In this document: in pieces, positions 1 through 6,219 of the stretch
Layout: the number at the start of each line of letters is the position of its first letter
How positions within the stretch are numbered: position 1 is the stretch's first letter
Position numbers and translations under genes: made by a program
DNA from: Myxococcales bacterium
Lineage (GTDB): Bacteria > Myxococcota_A > UBA9042
DNA length: 24,487 nt
Assembly (NCBI GenBank): GCA_037441385.1
Contig: JBBISH010000098.1
Coordinates: forward strand, 1-24,487
Reading direction: 5' to 3'
Notes under the pieces: model-generated
The model's input: the letters and a program-made list of their open reading frames with translations, nothing else
Database searches by the model: none
What the model was told of the DNA's origin: nothing

Positions 1-1
1 G

Positions 2-379
2 ACGCTGTCGGTCAAACCCTTTGGCTGTATGCCCAGTTCCGGCGTGTCGGACGGCGTGCAGACGGTGGTGCAGGCGCTGCTGCCCGACGCGCTGTACCTG
101 CCCATCGAGACCACCGGCGACGGCGCGGTCAACGTGTATTCGCGCGTGCAGATGATGCTTTTCAAGGCCAAGCAGGCCGCCGAGGCCGAGTTGCAGCGCG
201 AGCTGGACAAGCAGGGGCTGAGCAAGGAGCAGGCCAAGCAGCGGCTGGCGAAAAACCCCTGGCTGCGGCGGACGTTGCGGTATGATCATCGCGGGCCGGC
301 GGCGACCGCGGCCAATGCTGTGGCGGGGCTGCAGGGGCGGGCTGGGCGGGTTTGGGGGTTGGTGGCGGGGTTGGCTTAG
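2..379 (+). CDS. 5'-truncated 2-hydroxyacyl-CoA dehydratase / CoA-activase-associated protein (C-terminal part)
   Basis: The frame is open from base 2 (TLSVKPFGCMPSSGVSDGVQ...IETTGDGAVNVYSRVQMMLFKAK). PFGCMP and ETxGDGxVNxxSRVQM match my recollection of the C-terminus of 2-hydroxyglutaryl-CoA dehydratase/activase-related proteins. Stop TAG at 377-379. Confidence 0.8.
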   Translation, partial: TLSVKPFGCMPSSGVSDGVQTVVQALLPDALYLPIETTGDGAVNVYSRVQMMLFKAKQAAEAELQRELDKQGLSKEQAKQRLAKNPWLRRTLRYDHRGPAATAANAVAGLQGRAGRVWGLVAGLA

Positions 380-441
380 GGGTAGTTCCTGCCTTTTCAG
401 ATGGTTGCTGGGGTCGTCTTTGGGCTGGAGACCTGGGTGAT

Positions 442-571
442 CCTTGGCGCTGGGCCCTCACCCCGCCGCCTTTGGCGGCCGCCCCGCTCTCCCGGCGCCG
501 CTGGCGCCACTCGCTCGCTTCGCTCACCGCGGGGACCCCTCCTCTCCCAACGCTTTGGGCGAGGGGCAAGG
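442..571. repeat. REP/MITE-like palindromic intergenic element of the CCCTCACCCC...CTCTCCC...GGGNGAGGG type
   Basis: CCTTG (442-446) pairs with CAAGG (567-571). CCCTCACCCC at 455-464. Hairpins GCCGCC-ttt-GGCGGC, GGCGCC-gct-GGCGCC and CCTCTCCCAA-cgct-TTGGGCGAGG, plus a TCGCTCGCTTCGCTC motif. Lies between convergent genes. Confidence 0.55.
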
Positions 572-734
572 CAGGATTCCCCTTAGGCGTCAGATGCTTG
601 GCTGGTGAACGGTTGCCGGTGGTCCTGCGGCAGGCGATCGATGGCATAGGAAGCAGTTGGTGATCGATCTGATTTTCCGAAATCCGGCAATCCAATTGAC
701 CGACTTTGGAATGAGCCCTACCTGCTCAATATCA

Positions 735-983
735 CTATCTAAGGTCGCTTGACGTTGGCGAGTCGACCTGCGCGCACCGCTCGGCCACCCACACCTTGAT
801 GACTGTCTGGCGGGTCACGCCCAGCCGCCGGGCTTCGCGGTCCAGGGCTTGGACCATCCAGGTTGGCAACTCAACGGTAACATTCAGCAGTTCTTTGTTG
901 GGGCGGCGCGCTTGGCTTAGGTCCAAAGCCGCGGAGATGTCGTCGCCGGCGTCGAATTGCTCGTCGAAAGTTCTTGTTTTCAT
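735..983 (-). CDS. brnA: BrnA/CopG-family ribbon-helix-helix type II antitoxin (82 aa)
   Basis: MKTRTFDEQFDAGDDISAALDLSQARRP...VTVELPTWMVQALDREARRLGVTRQTVIKVWVAER closely follows the family pattern (FDxxFDxGxDI...DLSxAxRP...W...LDxEAxRLGVTRQxxIKxW). True start is the ATG at 983, not 1052. Confidence 0.85.
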   Translation of the reverse strand: MKTRTFDEQFDAGDDISAALDLSQARRPNKELLNVTVELPTWMVQALDREARRLGVTRQTVIKVWVAERCAQVDSPTSSDLR

Positions 984-1041
984 AAGTAGCCCGCCACACG
1001 TTGCCCAACTTTCACGCATTCTCGCTGCTGTTGGTCCGGCG

Positions 1042-4000
1042 TCAAGGAGCAAATGGCACGCGCCACGCCACCAGCGCCTCCGCCTCGGCCAGCAGCGCGT
1101 CAGCCGGGTCCGCCTGGCCAGCTGGCAATGGACCGCGCAGTTGCTTGAATTGGCTCAGAAGCTCGCGAATTTCCGCCAACCCCGCCGCGTCGGGCAACGT
1201 GTCGACACGCAGCAGCGCCAGGTTGTACAGCGGCTGCGGCAGGCGCGGGTCAAGGCGGCGGGCCTGCTGCAGGGTGGCGCGGGCCTGGTCGGGTTGGCCC
1301 GAGATCCGCTGGGCCAGGGCAAGGTTGTTGAGCAGGCGGGGGTCGCCCTGGCAAAGGTTGAGGGCGGCCTGCAGGTGGGACAGGGCGGCGGGATCACCCA
1401 GGCCGAGCAGGGCGGCGCCCAGGTTGGCTTCGATGGCCGCGTCGTTGGGGCGGAGCTTCAAGGCCTTTTCGACCAGGCTGCGAGCGCTTTCGCTGTCGAA
1501 CTGGGCGAACTCCAGCTTGACGTGAGCCAAGCCGGCTTCAGGCAGCAAAGCCTCGGCGTCCACCCCTTGCAACGTGCCGTAACTGCGGAGCTTGCGGTCG
1601 TCGTATTGCTTGACCACGGGCCCCGGCTCCCCGTTCCTTGGCACATCATCCTCATAGATCTCCCTCGCCCGCTCGTACGCCAGCCTGGCCGGCCCGGTCA
1701 GCCCCGCCAGCCGATAGGCGTCGCCAAGCGCCCACAGCACCTCGGGATTGGTGTTGTCCAGCCGCAGCGCCGCCTGGGCGACTTGCACGGCTTCCTCATG
1801 CTTGCCCAGTGCCGCAAGCACCTGAACTTTCACGGCAAGCAGCATGACGTCAGTGGTCCGCGCCACCAAGCCGGCGTCAAGCGTCTGCAGGGCCGCGGTC
1901 GCGTCGCCGGAGCGCAGTTGCAGCGTGGCCAGGAGCACCTTGGAGCGCGAGTGGTTGGCGTCGAGCTTCACCGCTTGGGTCGCCGCCGCAATGGCCTGCG
2001 GCAGGTGCCCCTGCCGGTGGTGCAGCAGGGCCTGATTGAAGGTCGCCGCGACGGCCGAATCGCTAGCTGGGGCGGGCAGTTCGATGGCCAAGGGCAGGGT
2101 GCCTGGCGGGTCGAAGTCGGCCAGCAGCCCGTCGCCCGGCGGGGGCGCAAGGTCGGGCTGGTAGTAGCGGAGCTCGCGGCGCAGGTCGGGATCGCGTGGG
2201 TGCGAGCGGAGCTGGTCGCTCAGGTCGGCGACGGCGTCGGCTTGGAGCTGGGTGGAGAGATCGACTGCCGTGGGGCGGACTTGCAGGACCACGTGGCGGC
2301 GCATGCGCGAGCGCAGCACGGCGGTCTGGGCCTGCACCCAGGGAGCGCCATAGCGGCCGACGGCTTGGGTGGCTGCCAGCAGGCCCGCGAGATCGTGTTG
2401 CAGCTTGGGAATTTGCGTGGAGTCCGGCTTGGCGGCGATGAAGGCCTGGATCTGCGGCTGCAGCAGGTCCAGGGCCGCCTGGGCGGTTAACGTGGTCTCC
2501 GGCGAGTCCGGTTTGGGCGGCGATGGCAGCACGGCGTAGCGGTCGATCAGCTTGCGGCGGGTGGCCGTGGCGGCGGCGGATTGGCCGAGGGACGCTTGCA
2601 GTTCGGCGGTGCGGGCCAGGGCGCGAAACACGCGGGTGGTGTCGGAGTTGTCGGACTCGTAGAGGCTGACGTAGTTGGCCAGGGCGGCGAGCGCGGCCTT
2701 GGGATCGTGGGCGCGGCGGTGGAGGCCGGCGAGGTCCCACCTGCTGTCCTGGACGGGCTTGGAGTGACTTGGGCTAGCTGCGAAATCGCGAATCAGGCGC
2801 TCGTGCATGGAGATGGCTTGCGGCACGTCGCCCATGTGCTCGGCAAAGGCGGCAGCGGTGCGCAGGTAGTACGCGGCGCGCTCGCCGTGGGGCTCGTTTT
2901 CGAAGAGGGCGAGATGGTCGCGGAGGGTGGCGGGGAGGTCGAAGAACTTGTAGCGGAGATCGGCTCGGATTTCGAGGACTTCGGTTAGGCCGATGACGAG
3001 CTCTTGGCGTTCGGTGCGGAGGTGTCTTTCGGCTTCTTGGGCCTGCTGGCGTTGCGCCTTGTTCAGGCGTCTGGGTGCCGGGGTCGGAGCGGCGGTGAAC
3101 TTGGGGTCGCGCAGGGCATCGCGGAGAATTTGTTCGGCGAGGTCCAGGGTTGCGTAGCATTTGTCCCAGGCTTGGGCGCGGTAGTAGGCCTTGACGGCGT
3201 TACTGAGGGCGTGGCGTTTGATTTCAACACTGTCGGTGTCGTTACAGAGCTTCCAATATTCGTCGCCTGCCTTTGCGAACAGTTCGCGCGCCTTGGCCAG
3301 GCTGGCGGCACGGTCGGTCGCGGCCGAAGTCAAAAGGGCCTTGCCTTCTTCTTCCCTGGCCAATCGCCAGAAGCACTCGGCTCGGTAGGCCAGGTTACGG
3401 AATACCGGGGGCCGGAAGCACCCCGGGGAAAGTCTCTCAGGAGCGACTGGTTCATCACAAAGTTCCGGCCGCTTTGGCGGCGGCAAACCCAGCGCCAAGT
3501 ACTCTTGCTCGATGGCAATCCTGTCTCCTTCGATCACAAACGAGGTCAGAAGTTCCTTCACGGCTTCTGCTGCAGCCGCCGATCCGGGAAACTCCTTCAT
3601 AATCCGCCGAAACCGGAGCCGCGCTGACCAGAACTCCGCCGGAGTCCGCCTGCTCGCCCCAGCCGGCCAGGGGTCGAAGTGCCTGAACTTGTAGAGCAGT
3701 TCCGCCGCCTTGAGCGACAGCTTCTCGGCCCGCCGGGGGTCTTCTGCACTGGTATGGGTGGCCGCCATCTCCACGTAGGCATCCACTTCGAGCAACCACT
3801 CGACCGCGGCCGCCGGCACCGGCTTGGGCGTTACCCGCCGGACTTCCTTCAGGCCCTCGGCCGCCTGCAGGTCCGCCTTGTCCACCTCAGCCGAAGGCCG
3901 GATCGACGGCAACGCCAACGAGTCCACGAACTGCGGGTCATCCCTGGGCAAAGATGCCCGCGCCGACAGCACCCGTTCGGCCGCGTCGAGCGAGCTCCAC

Positions 4001-5616
4001 GCTGCTTCCTCGGTCTTCTCCATATTCTCGCCGCGATCGTCCTTGCTGCTCGGCCCCTTCCAGTCCCGCACCCGCCCATACCACGCGATCGATTTCTGCA
4101 TGGCATCGCACGACTTGCGCAGGACCGCCAGATGATACGGCGGCGTCGGCGCAACCTGTCCGTCGACCACGATCAACTCGCCGTCCTGCCCCCGCGCCGC
4201 GGTACACTGCACCCCTGCCCAGTACCAACATTCTGCGAGTGTCCAAGCCACCTTGTACGCATCAGGCCCAGTCGGATCGCGGGCAAACAGCCTTTCGTAC
4301 ATCCGGGCCGCACTGGCGTAGGCCTCGAACGCCTCGGCGTAATTCCCTTCTGCTTTCAGCCATTGCGCCGTTGCATGGGTCCAAAGTGCGGCCTTCCACC
4401 GCGCCTCGCGCAAGGAGTCCGGCACGCCGCGAACCACCGCCGGATCGCCCTTCCACTTGGCGAACCACGGGTCAGCTTCATCAAACATCTTCAGGTACTT
4501 CTCGATCTCGTCGACCAGCTGCTGGAGCGCCTGTCGCGTCAAGGCAGTTCCAGCCCGAGCGACTAAATCCTCTGCATTTCCGTCAGAGCGCGCCCGAAAT
4601 TCGTACTTGTTGTCCGCCATGCCCTGAAGTGCCCGAATCACCCTCCACTGCCGCCGCTCCGCCTCCGCCGCCAGCGGCGCCTGCGCCACCAACCACTGCC
4701 CCAACTCCGCCGCGCGATAACACCGCAACCCATCAGGCTCTTTCTCGGGACACAGCCCCGCAATCGCCGCCTCGACCACGTCGACCTGCCAGGTCTTCCC
4801 CTCGAGCCACTCCGCCCAAAAGCCCGCGGCGAGTGCCTGGTTCCCGGGCGTCGGCACCAGCAGGTCATCTTGGCCGTCGCCGTCCCAATCGCCCAGCCCC
4901 ACCAGCTCGACCACCACCTCGCGCAGCATGGCCCCGCACTCACCGCGCAACTCCGCATCGCCGCTTGCGTTCACCGCCACGGCCAGCCGAGTCCAGGGCG
5001 GCTCGACCAGCGGCCCCAGCGCACCCAGCGGCGAGGGCATGAACCCCTCGATCTCTGGCTTCTTTTCCGCCCTAACCTGGACCCCAGCCTCCCGGCACGC
5101 CGACCGCTCCGGAACCGGCGCCAGCAGCCCCAGCACCGCCAGGTCGCGCCGCAACCTCCGCGCCAGGCCACTGCCGGCCGGGGGTGGAAACCGCCGCGAA
5201 ATGTCCCTGCGCACCTGGACTTGCGCCACCTGGACCGCACCCGAATCCGCCGACCCGCCCACCTGCCGGTCGACCAGCCCCAGCACCCCCCGCAGCAGCC
5301 GCTCGGTCTGGATCTGCTCTGCCGACCCGAACCCCTTGGCCAGCGCCCGCCACATCGGGCAATCCTGAGTGCGGTCGGGCTGTTGCAAGGTCGCCAGGGC
5401 CAGCCGCTCGCAGGCGGCCTCGTCGCGCTGGCTGCACAACTTGGCGTCGGGGCTGGGTTTTGCGCTTGGCGCACACGCGGCGGCGGGGAGGGTCAGGCCG
5501 TAGAACGCGACCACTGGCTCGGGGCGCGGCGCGGGCTTGGCCCAAGCGGTCGTGGCGAGCAGGGTCGCGGCGGCCAGGGCGAGCCAACCCTGCAGAACAG
5601 CGAGCGGTTTGGGCAT
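1042..5616 (-). CDS. Large exported TPR protein, GltD(AgmU)-like body fused to a GltE(AglT)-like C-terminal TPR region
   Basis: ATG at 5616 with GAGG just upstream, followed by signal peptide MPKPLAVLQGWLALAAATLLATTAWA. Many TPR helix pairs. KAAELLYKFRHFD...ARLRFRRIMKEFPGS resembles GltD/AgmU. The C-terminal NLGAALL...NNLALAQR...LDPRLPQPLYNLALLRVD resembles GltE/AglT. Confidence 0.8.
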   Translation of the reverse strand: MPKPLAVLQGWLALAAATLLATTAWAKPAPRPEPVVAFYGLTLPAAACAPSAKPSPDAKLCSQRDEAACERLALATLQQPDRTQDCPMWRALAKGFGSAEQIQTERLLRGVLGLVDRQVGGSADSGAVQVAQVQVRRDISRRFPPPAGSGLARRLRRDLAVLGLLAPVPERSACREAGVQVRAEKKPEIEGFMPSPLGALGPLVEPPWTRLAVAVNASGDAELRGECGAMLREVVVELVGLGDWDGDGQDDLLVPTPGNQALAAGFWAEWLEGKTWQVDVVEAAIAGLCPEKEPDGLRCYRAAELGQWLVAQAPLAAEAERRQWRVIRALQGMADNKYEFRARSDGNAEDLVARAGTALTRQALQQLVDEIEKYLKMFDEADPWFAKWKGDPAVVRGVPDSLREARWKAALWTHATAQWLKAEGNYAEAFEAYASAARMYERLFARDPTGPDAYKVAWTLAECWYWAGVQCTAARGQDGELIVVDGQVAPTPPYHLAVLRKSCDAMQKSIAWYGRVRDWKGPSSKDDRGENMEKTEEAAWSSLDAAERVLSARASLPRDDPQFVDSLALPSIRPSAEVDKADLQAAEGLKEVRRVTPKPVPAAAVEWLLEVDAYVEMAATHTSAEDPRRAEKLSLKAAELLYKFRHFDPWPAGASRRTPAEFWSARLRFRRIMKEFPGSAAAAEAVKELLTSFVIEGDRIAIEQEYLALGLPPPKRPELCDEPVAPERLSPGCFRPPVFRNLAYRAECFWRLAREEEGKALLTSAATDRAASLAKARELFAKAGDEYWKLCNDTDSVEIKRHALSNAVKAYYRAQAWDKCYATLDLAEQILRDALRDPKFTAAPTPAPRRLNKAQRQQAQEAERHLRTERQELVIGLTEVLEIRADLRYKFFDLPATLRDHLALFENEPHGERAAYYLRTAAAFAEHMGDVPQAISMHERLIRDFAASPSHSKPVQDSRWDLAGLHRRAHDPKAALAALANYVSLYESDNSDTTRVFRALARTAELQASLGQSAAATATRRKLIDRYAVLPSPPKPDSPETTLTAQAALDLLQPQIQAFIAAKPDSTQIPKLQHDLAGLLAATQAVGRYGAPWVQAQTAVLRSRMRRHVVLQVRPTAVDLSTQLQADAVADLSDQLRSHPRDPDLRRELRYYQPDLAPPPGDGLLADFDPPGTLPLAIELPAPASDSAVAATFNQALLHHRQGHLPQAIAAATQAVKLDANHSRSKVLLATLQLRSGDATAALQTLDAGLVARTTDVMLLAVKVQVLAALGKHEEAVQVAQAALRLDNTNPEVLWALGDAYRLAGLTGPARLAYERAREIYEDDVPRNGEPGPVVKQYDDRKLRSYGTLQGVDAEALLPEAGLAHVKLEFAQFDSESARSLVEKALKLRPNDAAIEANLGAALLGLGDPAALSHLQAALNLCQGDPRLLNNLALAQRISGQPDQARATLQQARRLDPRLPQPLYNLALLRVDTLPDAAGLAEIRELLSQFKQLRGPLPAGQADPADALLAEAEALVAWRVPFAP

Positions 5617-5827
5617 CTTGACCTCGCGTCGCGGCGGCCTGGACCCGGCTGGTCTTTGCTCCAGCCTATGCGTCTGGCGCGGGGCGGTCAACGGGACACC
5701 GGCGACGAATCGGGGTACAGTCGGCGGCGCGGCGCGGCGCGGCTATGTGGCAAGTGGCAATACCTGACACCAGCACCTAAGGCAGCTGCGGAATCGTCCC
5801 CAGGGTCTGGGATGCGTTTGCTGGTAG

Positions 5828-5856
5828 TCGACGCAACTGCAAAAGTGTAGTAGTAT
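5828..5856 (+). promoter_or_regulatory. Putative sigma70-type promoter TCGACG-N17-TAGTAT
   Basis: -35-like box 5828-5833, 17-nt spacer, -10-like box 5851-5856, in a locally AT-rich patch just before the structured region. Confidence 0.35.
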
Positions 5857-5862
5857 CAAGCG

Positions 5863-6054
5863 TCTCGGGTGTTGGGCCCAGCCGCTGAAGGGGCGGGCTA
5901 TCATGACGCCGTCCTTCTCCAAGGACGGCTGGGTCAATTCGACGAAAGGCTTGGCTAATTGGGTGCCTGCCAGGCCAGGCGAGAGCCATTGACGCCTCGC
6001 ACCAGGACGTCGGCGGAGGCCGACGGCGCCAAGCCCGCCAATTCATTGGCTGGG
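5863..6054 (+). ncRNA. Candidate structured RNA (sRNA or cis-regulatory leader), family unassigned
   Basis: Long-range stem 5866-5875/6029-6037, perfect 9-bp hairpin 5908-5929, three-way junction 5933-5993 with a GAGA tetraloop, and hairpin 6008-6025 with a GGAG loop. G-U pairs and the GNRA loop favour the + strand. Confidence 0.35.
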
Positions 6055-6074
6055 TCTACAATCGCGCGTACAAT
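6046..6074 (+). promoter_or_regulatory. Putative sigma70-type promoter TTGGCT-N17-TACAAT for the thiolase-like gene
   Basis: TTGGCT 6046-6051, 17-nt spacer, TACAAT 6069-6074; a second TACAAT lies at 6057-6062. Confidence 0.45.
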
Positions 6075-6219
6075 CATAAACATATCCGCCAGTCCTCGGC
6101 CCCCAGCCCCACCCGCCGCCGCCCACCAACCACCAGACCGTCCCCCCTTGCCGCCCCAGGCCACCTAACGCACTATCCATCGCGGGCCGCACCCCTCCCC
6201 GCCCGCGAGGTCGACCACC

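Noticed and set aside
796..2490. 564-aa + strand ORF
   Set aside because: Antisense shadow of the TPR and antitoxin genes. It has no motifs, and long stop-free antisense frames are expected at this GC content.
5830..6010. Fragments resembling known riboswitches or ribozymes (CGCAACTG and AGCCA.TG for cobalamin; GGGTGC..GAGA for TPP; GTCAATTCG and GCGAGA for yybP-ykoY; GGCTAA and CCTCGC for HDV-like)
   Set aside because: In each case other core elements are missing (GGGAA and B12 box, CUGAGA and ACCUGAU, GGAGUA, nested pseudoknot), so no family was assigned.
325..6165. G-rich tract at about 325-385 and C-rich tract at about 6097-6165 as terminal inverted repeats of an element
   Set aside because: Only low-complexity similarity with no alignable IR or target duplication.
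5743..6168. Small ORFs in the intergenic region (64-89 aa)
   Set aside because: No clear RBS, no motifs, and atypical or low-complexity composition.
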